A DNA stretch of 64,000 nt from a bacterium (lineage in GTDB: Bacteria > Patescibacteriota > Minisyncoccia > UBA6257 > JAUSGH01). Both the position numbers and the translations under genes were made by a program. Below are positions 28,788-39,397 of this stretch, in pieces. Positions within the stretch are counted from its first letter, which is position 1. Every line of letters begins with the position of its first letter. Below the pieces are notes generated by a model. It was not told the origin of the DNA, did no database searches, and worked only from the letters and a program-made list of their open reading frames with translations. The stretch is from positions 5,357 to 69,356 of the forward strand of contig JAUSGH010000002.1 of the NCBI GenBank assembly GCA_030649055.1, given 5' to 3'.

Positions 28788-29544
28788 TCTTGTAGTACGC
28801 CTTCTGCTCAACCCGGAAATCAACAACGTTGATGTTCCGGAAGTCCTTCCGTCCCGAGAGAACGCTTAACGCCGTTGCCGCAAACGCCGAATCAAACCGC
28901 AGACTGAAGGCGAGCGTCGGAGCATTTCGCGCGGTCACCGTGACTTCCAGCAGGTTCCGGTCAAAAACAATATGCTCCACCATAAGGCCGGCGCCCTGCA
29001 CAATTTCAATGACGCGCTGCAAACGCATAAATTGATTGCCCGGAAGCACGGCAGCGCCGAGCGGTGGCAAAGCACCATCTTCGCTGATTGAGGTAATCAA
29101 CTGCCCATCAGCGAACGGCGCGTACTGAAACGCGATTCCCATTGGATCAACCCACGCGCACGCGTTTTCCGCCCCGCACCACACGAGTGCCCGCTCGCGG
29201 TCGGTGACGCTGACACGCAATACGCGTCGCGCAAAATCCCGCGACACTTCTACGCGCGAGAGCACAAGCTCAGGAAGCGCGATGCTTGAACTCCCCCACA
29301 CAAAAAAGTGGTCAAATCCCAAAAATCTGCCGAAAACATTTTTCAGCGGGTATGCCCGGAGATCAGCCAAAAGATCGGCGCGCGACACATGACTTTCGCC
29401 GGAAATTTCGATAGAGCGATAATAAAAAAATGGAAATTTCAGCACAACCGCCGCAAGCCCGATGAACATAAGGCCGAGAAGCGAAAACCACACCAAAAAT
29501 CCGATATGCTCCTGTGGTCGACCGCGAACGCCCGCACTTGTCAT
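28780..29544 (-). CDS. cell division protein FtsQ/DivIB-like (POTRA domain)
   Basis: N-terminal TM helix, then RSIEISGESHVSRADLLADL...LSRVEVSRDFARRVLRVSVTDRERALVW, a typical POTRA/FtsQ pattern. Confidence 0.5.
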   Translation of the reverse strand: MTSAGVRGRPQEHIGFLVWFSLLGLMFIGLAAVVLKFPFFYYRSIEISGESHVSRADLLADLRAYPLKNVFGRFLGFDHFFVWGSSSIALPELVLSRVEVSRDFARRVLRVSVTDRERALVWCGAENACAWVDPMGIAFQYAPFADGQLITSISEDGALPPLGAAVLPGNQFMRLQRVIEIVQGAGLMVEHIVFDRNLLEVTVTARNAPTLAFSLRFDSAFAATALSVLSGRKDFRNINVVDFRVEQKAYYKMK

Positions 29545-29600
29545 AGTATGTACAAACTCACCCCATTCGCATTATTTGCCGCCATTCGCATTATTCGCGA

Positions 29601-30734
29601 TTACTCCACGACAATTCGCTCAATCAACGGATTAATGCGCGTCAAGTATTCATAATACGAGGCGCCACCCGCGGCCGCGGCGATTTCCTCCGCGCTGATT
29701 TCTTCTTTTCCCTGCATACCCGTGAGCGTCACCCGGTCGCCGAACTTGCAAGGAATCCCCGTCACGTCCACAACAACAATATCCATAGACACTCTGCCAA
29801 GCACCCGCGCGCGATGCCCATTAATGAGCACCTCGCCGACCCCGGAAAGCGCCCGGGGGAATCCGTGCCAATAACCGACAGGCAACACCGCGAGCATTGA
29901 GTCGCGGCGCAGGCGCTCCACTAAATCATATCCGACATAATCCCCTTTCTTCGCTGTTTTTACCTCGCCGACAATGGTATGCCACGAGAGAATGGGCTGC
30001 AGATTTATTTCCGGAAGCTGGATGCGCAACTCTTTTGATGGGTAGAGACCGTAAAAGCCGATACCGACTCTAACGGCATCGTAATGATATTTTTTGTTGA
30101 CCATCGCTCCGGCGGTCGCGGCCGCGTGACGGACCAATTTCTTCCAGCCGGCTTTTTTGAGCATCCCGATCGCGCGGTCAAACGCCGCCGCCTGCATGTC
30201 AGTATAGGTCGGATAATTGATGTCCTTCGCGGATGCAAAATGCGTATACACGCCGGTCAAAAATTTTCCCGACGATGATTTCTTGAGAGCGTCGATAACT
30301 TCGGGCAGATCTTCAACATAAAAACCCTGCCGATGCATGCCGGTGTCAATTTTCAGATGAAATTCGGGGGCGTTCTTTTCAGCGCAAAGCGCGCGGAGCG
30401 CATCCATACCGGAGATAGTAAGCGTGACCTTATGTTCCTGCGCCAAAGGGTAAAGTTTCGGCAGCGTAAAACCAAGCACAAGAATCGGAGCCGTGATGCC
30501 ACGCTCGCGCATCGCAACCGCTTCAATGATGCTGTCCACGCAAAAGCCGTCAACGCCGGCTTGGAAGAGCAGCGGCGGCATGACAAAAATGCCGTGCCCA
30601 TAGGCATTGGATTTCACGACCGCGAAAAGCTTCACTTTCGCCGACAACAATTTCCGCATCGCGGCGGCGTTATGCAGCACCGCGCTGCGGCTTATTTCAA
30701 CCCATGTACGGACATCGTGCGCGAGAGATTTCAT
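29601..30734 (-). CDS. alr: alanine racemase
   Basis: PLP-binding motif AVVKSNAYGHG near the N-terminus. 377 aa with two-domain architecture. Confidence 0.9.
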   Translation of the reverse strand: MKSLAHDVRTWVEISRSAVLHNAAAMRKLLSAKVKLFAVVKSNAYGHGIFVMPPLLFQAGVDGFCVDSIIEAVAMRERGITAPILVLGFTLPKLYPLAQEHKVTLTISGMDALRALCAEKNAPEFHLKIDTGMHRQGFYVEDLPEVIDALKKSSSGKFLTGVYTHFASAKDINYPTYTDMQAAAFDRAIGMLKKAGWKKLVRHAAATAGAMVNKKYHYDAVRVGIGFYGLYPSKELRIQLPEINLQPILSWHTIVGEVKTAKKGDYVGYDLVERLRRDSMLAVLPVGYWHGFPRALSGVGEVLINGHRARVLGRVSMDIVVVDVTGIPCKFGDRVTLTGMQGKEEISAEEIAAAAGGASYYEYLTRINPLIERIVVE

Positions 30735-30827
30735 TGTATCTCTATATTATCGTATTAGTTGCAAAAAATCAAAAAACGGCGGACACTGAAAGTAGTTGAA
30801 TCCTCATTAGAGAAAGGAGGTGAAGCC

Positions 30828-31364
30828 GTGAACATCAAGAGTTTCATGGGCGCGAAGTCGCTCCGAATGCTCATCTACCCCATTCTTGGCGTGATGTTGC
30901 TCTCTGCCGTGTCACTACGACTCAAGATCTATGACGCATCGTTGTGGGCAACGGTGTGCCGCTGGTATAAGACCGAGCCGTGGAGCAAGATCATCAAGGA
31001 ATACGTCTTAGAAGCCGCGGTATACGAAGAGATCGTATTCCGTGGTCCGGCGTATGGGTTCCTCGTCGCGTCACTGTTCGCGGCGTGGCTCACGAAGCGC
31101 GTGACCGGACGTACACTGCTCACCGCCCGACGCATTGATGGCGTGGCGATTCACGACATCATCGCAGGGATACTTGCTGTCGCGGGCACCTACGTCTGGG
31201 CGGCAAAAGACCACCCCTACCCGCTTCCGACGTTCGCAATGGGACTCATCTTCGCGTCAATCATGATCAAAACGCGAAACATCTTGTGGAGCATAGGAGC
31301 CCACGCGTTCATCAACCTCTGTGTCATCGCGAGCGCGAAACTCGGTGGAACGATGCTCTACTAA
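30828..31364 (+). CDS. CPBP-family (CAAX protease / Abi) intramembrane metalloprotease
   Basis: EExxxR motif (AAVYEEIVFRG) and HAFINL. Start taken at the GTG after AAAGGAGGTG; the ORF track extends to 30759. Confidence 0.65.
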   Translation: MNIKSFMGAKSLRMLIYPILGVMLLSAVSLRLKIYDASLWATVCRWYKTEPWSKIIKEYVLEAAVYEEIVFRGPAYGFLVASLFAAWLTKRVTGRTLLTARRIDGVAIHDIIAGILAVAGTYVWAAKDHPYPLPTFAMGLIFASIMIKTRNILWSIGAHAFINLCVIASAKLGGTMLY

Positions 31365-31384
31365 AGAGGACCCCTAAGCCATGC

Positions 31385-32626
31385 TTATCGGTCCTCTTTG
31401 CCTATTTCGGCAAAGCCTGTATACGGCTGTAGCGCCTCCGGAATCTTGACTGAGCCGTCGGATTGCTGATACTGCTCCATAATCGCGATTATCGTACGGC
31501 CGATGGCAAACCCCGTGGCATTCAGCATGTGGACAAACTCATTGCCCTTCTCGGCCTTATATTTGATATTCACGCCACGCGACTGAAAATCCGTCGTGTT
31601 GGAGCACGAATGTGTTTCGCGGAATTTCCCCTCTCCCGGAATCCACGCCTCAATGTCGTAATGCCGCGCGTCGGTGAAACCCATGTCCCCCGTGCAAATC
31701 TGCACGACGCGATAATGCAAACCCAGCGCCTGCATGAGTTCTTCCTGCATAGAGAGCAAAAACTCATGCTCCTCGTTTGAGTGGTCCGGGTGAGCGTACG
31801 AAAACATTTCAACTTTATCAAATTGGTGCACGCGCAAAATACCTTTCGTATCTTTGCCGTATGAACCCGCCTCGCGCCGGAAGCACGTGGAAAAACCGAC
31901 GTAGCGGAGCGGCAGCGTTGTTGCGTCAAGCACTTCGCCCATATGCATGGGGCCGATGGTATGCTCCGCGCTTCCTACAAGGTACAAATCGTCCTTCGGC
32001 AAATAATACCGCTCCTCCTCCTGCCCGCCCGTGAGGCGCCCCATCCCCCTAAACACTTCCGGCTTAATCATCACCGGCGGCACCACCGGACAGAATCCTT
32101 TAGCGAAAAGTTTTTGCATCGCGAACTGCACCAGCGCGAATTCCAAAAGCGCCGCTTTGCCGAACAAGTACCCGAACCGGCTCCCCGACACCTTCGCCGC
32201 GCGCGCGGTGTCAATGATGCCGAGCGTTTCCGCGAGCGTCAGATAATCCTTCGGTTGAAAATCAAACTCCGGTTTTTTTCCGACCAAACGCAGCTCCTTA
32301 TTTTCTGATTCGTCCTTCCCGACCGGCCAGGACGGATCAGGGATATTCGGAAGCCGAGAAAGCAAGTCATCGCGCTTTAATTCCAGCGCGGGCAATTCTT
32401 TTTCCGCCTCTTTCAGCTCCGCCTTTATAACTTTCGCCTCGTCAATTTTTTTCTCTTTACTCAACGCATTCAGACGCGCGCGGAGATCCTCTGTGGCTTT
32501 TGTCCGCTCCCTCCAAGCCGCATCCACGGCCAAAAGCTCGTCCACCGCGGAAGCGGGAACACGCTTGGTTGCAAGACGAGCCTTTATCTCGTCCGGTGAT
32601 TTTCGGATAACCGCGATATCAAGCAT
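31385..32626 (-). CDS. serS: seryl-tRNA synthetase
   Basis: N-terminal coiled-coil arm plus class II motifs (FRRE, GSYGKDTKGILRVHQFDKVE, GFAIGRTI). 413 aa. Confidence 0.95.
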   Translation of the reverse strand: MLDIAVIRKSPDEIKARLATKRVPASAVDELLAVDAAWRERTKATEDLRARLNALSKEKKIDEAKVIKAELKEAEKELPALELKRDDLLSRLPNIPDPSWPVGKDESENKELRLVGKKPEFDFQPKDYLTLAETLGIIDTARAAKVSGSRFGYLFGKAALLEFALVQFAMQKLFAKGFCPVVPPVMIKPEVFRGMGRLTGGQEEERYYLPKDDLYLVGSAEHTIGPMHMGEVLDATTLPLRYVGFSTCFRREAGSYGKDTKGILRVHQFDKVEMFSYAHPDHSNEEHEFLLSMQEELMQALGLHYRVVQICTGDMGFTDARHYDIEAWIPGEGKFRETHSCSNTTDFQSRGVNIKYKAEKGNEFVHMLNATGFAIGRTIIAIMEQYQQSDGSVKIPEALQPYTGFAEIGKEDR

Positions 32627-32638
32627 GAATGATTAAGA

Positions 32639-33280
32639 CTACGGAAGTTTACGCAAAATTCGCGCTACAACATCACGCGTCTCTGCCTCGGTGGCGCAGA
32701 ACGCCGGATTGCTTGAAGTGATATCCACGAGCCAGACGCCCTTCTTGACGCTAAAATTATATCCGGATTGCACATCGGAAAACGGGTCCGGAACCGTATA
32801 CGCCTTTTCACCAAGTCCGACGACGTCAATCGTTTTGAATCCGATCGTCCCAAAATTCGCCCGCCCTTCGGCAAAAATAGCATCCGCCGATTCCGCGCCT
32901 TTTCCGTCCGCTCGACTGACGTTAACCAAGAATTCCCCATCCTCCTCCCCGCCCTCCGCTTTCATTTTGCAGGTTTGGGGAAACGCGTTGATATCCCACG
33001 GATCACTGCTGTTCCACTGCGTTTGCTTCACGCCCGGGCACGCCGCGCGCACGTCGTTCCAAAAATACGTACAATCCACAAACCCCTCGTCGGTGTACAA
33101 GCTCGTCGCGGGAAATGGCGCGCCTGCCTCTTCTTCAGGCACGCCCTCATCAACAAAAGACGCGGCATCTTCATCCGATACCATATCGTCCAACACCGCT
33201 CCGTTTCCGCCGAGCAACACAACTGCTCCCCCGACAACAACCGCGATCACAACCAAATAAATAAGAATCTTCATATGCAT
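32639..33280 (-). CDS. secreted hypothetical protein
   Basis: 213 aa with signal anchor MKILIYLVVIAVVVGGAVVLL and an acidic low-complexity region. Confidence 0.45.
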   Translation of the reverse strand: MHMKILIYLVVIAVVVGGAVVLLGGNGAVLDDMVSDEDAASFVDEGVPEEEAGAPFPATSLYTDEGFVDCTYFWNDVRAACPGVKQTQWNSSDPWDINAFPQTCKMKAEGGEEDGEFLVNVSRADGKGAESADAIFAEGRANFGTIGFKTIDVVGLGEKAYTVPDPFSDVQSGYNFSVKKGVWLVDITSSNPAFCATEAETRDVVARILRKLP

Positions 33281-33294
33281 TACGCACTACGCCG

Positions 33295-33744
33295 TTATTG
33301 CTGCGGCACAGCCGAATAATACTTCCCAATCTTTCCGACAAGCAACTTCGCGTACGCGTAACGGGTCACGACGGTTCCGACAACCGCGACCAGCGGCGCC
33401 ATTCCGACAATGCTCGCGAATCCCATGCTCGTCAGCAGCGAAAGCGCAGCGCCGATAAGGTACGGATAGAACAGCAGTTTGAACAGCGTATTAAATTTAT
33501 TGCCGAGATACTTTTTGTTAATCGCGAGCACCTGCGGATACCACTGCGAAAGCACGTAACCCATAATCGCTCCGATAATGGCGCCGTTCACCGCCGCATT
33601 CACCACTCCACCAACAATGGAAAGACTGTAACCGAGCAATGCCGAGAATGCGATATTGCTGATAATACTTTCCGCCACGGTTGCTCCCGCGTTATACACC
33701 GCGCTCCAAATCATCGTGTCCTTCGTTTTTTGATCAAATGTCAT
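33295..33744 (-). CDS. small membrane protein, hypothetical
   Basis: ORF track gives 33295..33888, which overlaps the upstream gene. The internal ATG at 33744 (MTFDQKTK...) avoids the overlap. Gly/Ala-rich TM helices. Confidence 0.4.
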   Translation of the reverse strand: MTFDQKTKDTMIWSAVYNAGATVAESIISNIAFSALLGYSLSIVGGVVNAAVNGAIIGAIMGYVLSQWYPQVLAINKKYLGNKFNTLFKLLFYPYLIGAALSLLTSMGFASIVGMAPLVAVVGTVVTRYAYAKLLVGKIGKYYSAVPQQ

Positions 33745-33751
33745 AATACTT

Positions 33752-34192
33752 TTATTTATGTAATAAACTGCTGTGATTAATGTTCGGCTCGAAACCCGCG
33801 ATTTCGACGATCTCGGGCACATAACCGAGCTGCTCAATATTCTTTTCCAAATCTTCGCGCAATAATGCCTGGTCATACCCAAGCGCAATCACGTCCGGTT
33901 GATATTTCTTCACTACCTCCCAGCTAGAAAGTTCGCGATCGCCGATGACGACCTCATCGACACTATCTTCCGCTTCAAGATGCGCGAGGCGTTCACCGAC
34001 GTCAACCTTCGGCAAATGCCCTTTCAGGTGTTCCACAATATGATCCTGCGCCACAACGGCAATGAGATATTCGCCGAACGCTCTTGCTTCTTTCAAAAGC
34101 GCCTTATGCCCCTCGTGGATACCGTCGAATACGCCGAATACCATGACCTTTTTCATACTGGTGTTATAGGTCCTATGGGACTTATAGGACAA
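33752..34192 (-). CDS. cytidylyltransferase-like nucleotidyltransferase (HxGH family, FAD synthetase/GCT-like)
   Basis: MVFGVFDGIHEGH is the (T/H)xGH motif of the alpha/beta phosphodiesterase nucleotidyltransferase superfamily. Likely start MKKVMVFG at about 34156. Confidence 0.55.
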   Translation of the reverse strand: MSYKSHRTYNTSMKKVMVFGVFDGIHEGHKALLKEARAFGEYLIAVVAQDHIVEHLKGHLPKVDVGERLAHLEAEDSVDEVVIGDRELSSWEVVKKYQPDVIALGYDQALLREDLEKNIEQLGYVPEIVEIAGFEPNINHSSLLHK

Positions 34193-34199
34193 ATGGGAC

Positions 34200-35651
34200 T
34201 TATAATTTTTTCGGTCGCAATGTCGGAAAGAATACGCATTCCCTCGCCGGCTTATCTACGAGTATAGCAAACAATCGTTCGGAAACGCCAAACCCGGCCG
34301 CGGGCGGCATGCCGTATTCCAACGCCTCAAGAAAGTCTTCGTCTAAACGCTGCGCCTCCTTATCGCCCGCTTCGCGTAAGCGCGATTGCTCAAGAAACCG
34401 CTCGCGCTGATCCGCGGGATCGTTATTCTCCGAAAATCCTTTCCCAAGCTCGGTGCCACACGCGACAACCTGGAACCTGGCGACTCGCCCCGAAAGCGTT
34501 GCTGATCGTTTTGCCAGCGGCTCAATATCCGCCGGAGGGTTCACAAGAAAACACGGCGCAATAAGCGTTGACCGGACGACTTTTTTAAACAACAAATCGA
34601 TCAGACGGCCACGCCCGAGTTTGGGATCGGGTTTGAAACCGCGCTTCACCGACTCAGCAAAAAGCTCATCGCGCGTCGCGGATTCGAGCGATAGCCCCAC
34701 GAGTTTTTTAAACACGTCATAGTATTCAATTTTCGGCCAGCGCTTGCTCCAGTCGATGACTTGTCCCTGCCAGGACCGCTTCAATTTCCCGAACACGGAT
34801 TTGATAACGGACTTATACAATTTTTCAACCAGTGACATCAGCGCGCCGTACTCCGCATACGCCCAGTAAAACTCCAACTGGGTATAATCCTGCAAATGTT
34901 CGTGGTCAATGCCTTCGTTCCGGAAAATACGTCCGAGCTCAAACACTTTTTCATATCCGCCGACCAACAGTTTCTTCTGCGGAAGCTCCAGCGAAATGCG
35001 GAGATATAAATCAATGTCCAGGGCATGATGATGCGTCACGAACGGTTCGGCGTCTGCTCCTCCCGGGGTAGACTCCAAGGCGGGAGTTTCCACTTCCAAG
35101 AACCCGTCGTTAATAAGCCCGGCGCGAAACGCGTTCCAAAACCGGCTCTTCATACGAAACATTTCGCGGAGCTCAGGATGAAGCATCAGGTCCAGGTATC
35201 GTTGCCGGAGCCGCGTCTCAACCTCTTCCAGACCGAAATGTTCGGACGGAATCGGACGGATAGTTTTTGTCGCAAGCATAACCTTTTTCGCGGCAATGCT
35301 TTTTTCTCCGCGCTGGGTGACAAACAACGTTCCGGTAATGCTCAAAAAATCACCGATATCAAGATTATCGCGCAACAAATCAAACGCCGGCAGTTCATCT
35401 TTTTTGAGCACCGCCTGCAACGCGCCGCTCTCGTCCTTAAGGTCAAGAAACACCACGCCGCCGTGACCGCGCATGCCCACGACGCGCCCCACGACGGAAA
35501 TACGCTTTTTTGATTTTGTGAGCGCTGTGAAATGTTCCAACGCGACACCGATGGCATGCGTACGCGGCACAGATTCCGGATAACACAACACACCGGCAGA
35601 TGTGAGTGCCGCAAGCTTCTTCTTCCGTTCAGCGATAAGGTCTTCTAACAT
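34200..35651 (-). CDS. lysS: lysyl-tRNA synthetase (class II)
   Basis: N-terminal OB anticodon-binding domain (SVVGRVVGMRGHGGVVFLDLKD) plus class II core motifs (FRNEG, GGADAEPF). 483 aa. Confidence 0.95.
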   Translation of the reverse strand: MLEDLIAERKKKLAALTSAGVLCYPESVPRTHAIGVALEHFTALTKSKKRISVVGRVVGMRGHGGVVFLDLKDESGALQAVLKKDELPAFDLLRDNLDIGDFLSITGTLFVTQRGEKSIAAKKVMLATKTIRPIPSEHFGLEEVETRLRQRYLDLMLHPELREMFRMKSRFWNAFRAGLINDGFLEVETPALESTPGGADAEPFVTHHHALDIDLYLRISLELPQKKLLVGGYEKVFELGRIFRNEGIDHEHLQDYTQLEFYWAYAEYGALMSLVEKLYKSVIKSVFGKLKRSWQGQVIDWSKRWPKIEYYDVFKKLVGLSLESATRDELFAESVKRGFKPDPKLGRGRLIDLLFKKVVRSTLIAPCFLVNPPADIEPLAKRSATLSGRVARFQVVACGTELGKGFSENNDPADQRERFLEQSRLREAGDKEAQRLDEDFLEALEYGMPPAAGFGVSERLFAILVDKPARECVFFPTLRPKKL

Positions 35652-35736
35652 GGAGTAATCGCGAATAATGCGAATGGGAGTCCGAAGTTATTCGCGTTAT
35701 TTTTATTTGCAATTCGCGATATTTGCGAACACTATA

Positions 35737-36195
35737 CTAATCTATTTTCGCAATCTTATACATCACCTCCCCTTTCGGCGTCTTTACCTTCACGCTTTCT
35801 CCGGGTTCACGTCCCAAAAACGCTTTTCCAAGCGGCGATTCATTTGAAATCTTTCCAGATTCAGGATCTGTTTCGTTTGATCCGACAATGGTAAATTTCA
35901 TTTTCTCTCCATCTTTTGTCACTTCAATCGTAGAACCGACCTCAACTTTTGTGCGGCTGGTTGTTTTGGAAATAACACTCGCATTTTTGATGATGTCTTC
36001 AACCTCAAAGATGCGCGATTCCACTTGCGCCTGCTCTTCGCGCGCCTCAAAATATTCGGAGTTTTCCGAAAGATCGCCGAGTTCCTTCGCGCGCTTCAAG
36101 CGATCGGCAACCTCAATGCGCTTTGTTGTTTTTAGCTCATTCAACTCCGCTTTTAATTCCTCGAGGCGTTCCGGTGACAAATACTGTTGGTCCAT
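35737..36195 (-). CDS. greA: transcription elongation factor GreA
   Basis: N-terminal coiled coil with the acidic tip (LSENSEYFEAREEQ) and a C-terminal FKBP-like domain. 152 aa. Confidence 0.9.
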   Translation of the reverse strand: MDQQYLSPERLEELKAELNELKTTKRIEVADRLKRAKELGDLSENSEYFEAREEQAQVESRIFEVEDIIKNASVISKTTSRTKVEVGSTIEVTKDGEKMKFTIVGSNETDPESGKISNESPLGKAFLGREPGESVKVKTPKGEVMYKIAKID

Positions 36196-36197
36196 AA

Positions 36198-36956
36198 TTA
36201 TGATGAAGGTGAATCCTTTTTATTCGTTGGTAATTGATACGTATCCCGAAACAACATCCACCGCACCCGCACCGCGTCAATCAGCGACTCAATGTAACGA
36301 TGATAATCAAAGCGTCGTGGATTATCATTCGACCAGAAAATGGGAAACTCGTGCGTGCGATACCCCAGCTGGGCTCCCAAGGCAATCACTTCACCTACCC
36401 AGCCGGCAGAGTCAACACGCGTCAGCGGAAATACCCGTTCCGCCGCGCTTTCCGAAAAACAATACCATCCACTTTCCGTGTCCCACACACGAGGGGTCAA
36501 AATCGCCTGCATGAGGAAGTTATGTAGTAGTCTAAACAAACTATCACGGACGCGCAAGAGCGGCCGCACGCGACCACGAGCCACCACGCGCGAACCGACA
36601 GCAATGTCAAACCCGCGCTGAAGATACGGGAATGCTTTATGAAACTCCACCACCGAGGACGAATTTGTGGGATAAAGCACAACACGCCACTTTCCCGAGG
36701 CGGCGCGCATACCCTCGCGCACCGCGGCGCCTAACCCTTTGCGCGTACCCGAGGTAAGCAGACGGATGTTCCCGAGGAGCATCCTGAACCGACGCGCGAT
36801 TTCCGCGGTTGCGTCGGTTGAGGCATCGTCTGCAACGATAATTTCAAACTGCATATTCGCCTGCGTGAGGTGATGGTCAATATCAATGAGCGCCAACGGT
36901 AGCGTCCGGGCGTTATTGAGTGTAGGAATAATGACCGAAATGAACGGCTTTGACAT
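36198..36956 (-). CDS. family 2 glycosyltransferase (DPM1-like)
   Basis: ISVIIPTLNNARTL and ADDASTD (the DxD-type motif of GT-A fold glycosyltransferases). Confidence 0.75.
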   Translation of the reverse strand: MSKPFISVIIPTLNNARTLPLALIDIDHHLTQANMQFEIIVADDASTDATAEIARRFRMLLGNIRLLTSGTRKGLGAAVREGMRAASGKWRVVLYPTNSSSVVEFHKAFPYLQRGFDIAVGSRVVARGRVRPLLRVRDSLFRLLHNFLMQAILTPRVWDTESGWYCFSESAAERVFPLTRVDSAGWVGEVIALGAQLGYRTHEFPIFWSNDNPRRFDYHRYIESLIDAVRVRWMLFRDTYQLPTNKKDSPSS

Positions 36957-36990
36957 ACTTTCAGTATATCACTACAATAAAGGGCGTCAT

Positions 36991-37746
36991 ATGGTAACGC
37001 TAAAATCAAAGGAGGAGGTCGCCATCATGGCGGTTGGCGGCAAAATGTTGGCGGAAGTTATCCGCAACGTTGCCGCGGAGGCGCGTGAAGGCGTGAGTCT
37101 AAAAACATTGGACGCGCTCGCGGAAAAACTCATCCGGCGTGCGGGCGCCTTGCCCGCATTTTTGGGCTACCGACCACACGGTGCCGGCAAGCCATATCCC
37201 GCGACCATCTGCGCCTCGGTAAACGACATTATCGTCCACGGCATTCCCACGCAATACAAATTGCGCTCCGGCGATGTACTAAAGCTTGATTTCGGACTCC
37301 GGCATGAAGGCTTTTGCCTTGACGCGGCCGTCACCGTAGCAATAGGGACAATCACAACCGAAGCATCGCGACTCATTGAAGCGACAAAAAAGGCGTTACT
37401 GCTTGGCATCAAAGCCGCCCAGCCGGGAAAACATTTGGGCGACATCGGTGCCGCAATTGCCACCTACGTACATGGAAAAAAATTCGGCATCGCCGAAGGA
37501 CTGACGGGCCACGGCATCGGCCACGAGCTCCACGAAGACCCGAGCGTGTATAATTTCGGAAAATCCGGCACCGGTTTGGAACTGGTGCCGGGACTTGTCA
37601 TCGCTATTGAACCGATGACAACCGCAGGAAGCGGAAAACTCGTGCAGTTGCCCGACGACAGCTATGCCACCGCGGACAGTTCAATATCCGCGCACTTTGA
37701 ACACACCATCGCGATTACGGAGAAAGGACCGATAATTCTTACATAG
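36991..37746 (+). CDS. map: methionine aminopeptidase type I
   Basis: Pita-bread fold metal ligands (D..D..H..E..E context: GDVLKLDFGLRHEGFCLD, HGIGHELHEDP, EPMT). Start at the ATG at 36991. Confidence 0.9.
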   Translation: MVTLKSKEEVAIMAVGGKMLAEVIRNVAAEAREGVSLKTLDALAEKLIRRAGALPAFLGYRPHGAGKPYPATICASVNDIIVHGIPTQYKLRSGDVLKLDFGLRHEGFCLDAAVTVAIGTITTEASRLIEATKKALLLGIKAAQPGKHLGDIGAAIATYVHGKKFGIAEGLTGHGIGHELHEDPSVYNFGKSGTGLELVPGLVIAIEPMTTAGSGKLVQLPDDSYATADSSISAHFEHTIAITEKGPIILT

Positions 37747-37764
37747 TAAATCCCAAGCACGAAG

Positions 37765-37880
37765 CACTAAATCCTAAACAAATTCAAATAACCAAAATCC
37801 CAAAGAACATGCAGTTCTGCATTTTGAGCATTTGAGTTTTGATACTGTTTAGAATTTAGATATTGGGATTTAGGATTTAT
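37765..37880. terminator. convergent-gene terminator region (map/adk) with nested inverted repeats
   Basis: ATGCAG-TT-CTGCAT followed by TTTTGAGCATTTGAGTTTTG terminates map. The outer inverted repeat AATCCTAAAC...GTTTAGAATT / ATCCCAA...TTGGGAT flanks both genes. Confidence 0.5.
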
Positions 37881-38569
37881 TTTGCCATTCCAAGCTTCTC
37901 TAAGATTGTGGCAAAAACCAAGTACGGCATCGGCTCCCCGTCAATCTCAACAATCTCATAGCCGCGTTCGCGGAGTTTCGCCAAAATCGGCGCGGTGCGC
38001 TGTTCGAATTCTTGCAAACGAACTTTGATAATCTCCGGCGTGTCCAACGTGCGCTTGCGGAACGATCCTCCGCACAACGGACAAATTTTCGGTTGCGCGT
38101 CCGGAAGATACATCACCGGCGTTCCACATACCGAACAAAGCATACGATTGCTGTTGCGATACACCGTCGTTTCCGGCTTAATCTTTAAATAAATGACGTG
38201 GACATTACCGCGGCCATAGAGATCCTCTAAAAGATCAACAAGCCCGCGCTTGCCACCCTCGGCAGTGAACGCTTCAAGTTCGGTACGCGGCGAACCGCTA
38301 AAGACAATCCCCAGGCCGGAGGAATGGATACGCTTTGTTTGCGCGGCGACAATGGAATACGCCCACATCGGGTCGCATAACCGACCGGAATCAAAATTAT
38401 CGCGCTGTTCCTGAATCACCAAGTCGTTGGCATTCGCCGGATCATGCACGGTCATCTCCATAAACTTTCCCGTATCAAAATGAATAAGGCCGAGCTTCGC
38501 GGCCAAAAGATTTGCCTGCGTCCCCTTCCCCGCTCCCGGCGAACCGTAGACGATAAGTGCCCTTTTCAT
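37877..38569 (-). CDS. adk: adenylate kinase (zinc-lid type)
   Basis: LIVYGSPGAGKGTQA P-loop and a lid with CSVCG...CPLCGG. Start at the ATG at 38569. Confidence 0.9.
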   Translation of the reverse strand: MKRALIVYGSPGAGKGTQANLLAAKLGLIHFDTGKFMEMTVHDPANANDLVIQEQRDNFDSGRLCDPMWAYSIVAAQTKRIHSSGLGIVFSGSPRTELEAFTAEGGKRGLVDLLEDLYGRGNVHVIYLKIKPETTVYRNSNRMLCSVCGTPVMYLPDAQPKICPLCGGSFRKRTLDTPEIIKVRLQEFEQRTAPILAKLRERGYEIVEIDGEPMPYLVFATILEKLGMAK

Positions 38570-38640
38570 ACCGTTATTATAAAAGCAAGAAAGCAAGAAA
38601 GCAAGAAATAGAAACGCCGGTCGCCTCCAGGCGACCGGCG

Positions 38641-39375
38641 CTAGCGCGATACACGCTCCCGAAGGAACGTAGGGTCAGCGGTAGCGGTGATGCAGTCCAT
38701 CACCTGCGCCGCTCCCTCCGTGGTTTTCAGGAATTCCAGCACGGGCGTTTTTGTTTCCGGCAAGTTCCCGCGAATGAATTGCCAAACCCACGGATGACGA
38801 CCCGCGAGTATCCAATTCAGCCGAATCGCGTCAATGCATTCGCGGATCCGCCGAAACTGTTCCGCGAACTGCAGCGACGAAATGCGGCTGTGCGTGAGCC
38901 ACTGCGCAACCGTGTTCTTGTCCAATCCGTCCCCGATAATGAGGGCGAATTCCGTGGCGCGAAGCGACGTCTTGCCGTCCAGCGTCAAATCGCGGCACAG
39001 CCCGCGAACGAGCTCGCCCCATGCTGACCAGACAACACGCCGGCTTGGCACATAAAACGCGAATCCCCCATTCCCGAGTTTGGTCATCGCTCCCAAGCCA
39101 AGCACGCCGATATCGGTGATGTCTCGGTATGGGATGGCGCGTCCGCCGAACGATGCCGTTGCGTTGTCCTCTGGCGACACTGCGTTCGCCGCGCGTCGGA
39201 ACGCGCGCCAAAGCATCCGCGCCGAACGCTTATCCATAAGCTCCCGAAAAACCGGCTCATTACGCGTTGAAACATCAACGAGCAAGAGTTCATCGGGAGG
39301 CGTAGCGAGAAGCGCCGCGTCAGATGCGTCAAGCACCGCGACCGCGTAGACGCTCAAGTCAAAAATCCTAGCCAT
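38641..39375 (-). CDS. hypothetical protein (GC-rich islet)
   Basis: 244-aa ORF with no recognisable motifs. Higher GC than the surrounding ribosomal genes. Confidence 0.4.
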   Translation of the reverse strand: MARIFDLSVYAVAVLDASDAALLATPPDELLLVDVSTRNEPVFRELMDKRSARMLWRAFRRAANAVSPEDNATASFGGRAIPYRDITDIGVLGLGAMTKLGNGGFAFYVPSRRVVWSAWGELVRGLCRDLTLDGKTSLRATEFALIIGDGLDKNTVAQWLTHSRISSLQFAEQFRRIRECIDAIRLNWILAGRHPWVWQFIRGNLPETKTPVLEFLKTTEGAAQVMDCITATADPTFLRERVSR

Positions 39376-39397
39376 TGCGTTACTCCCGATAGAAAAA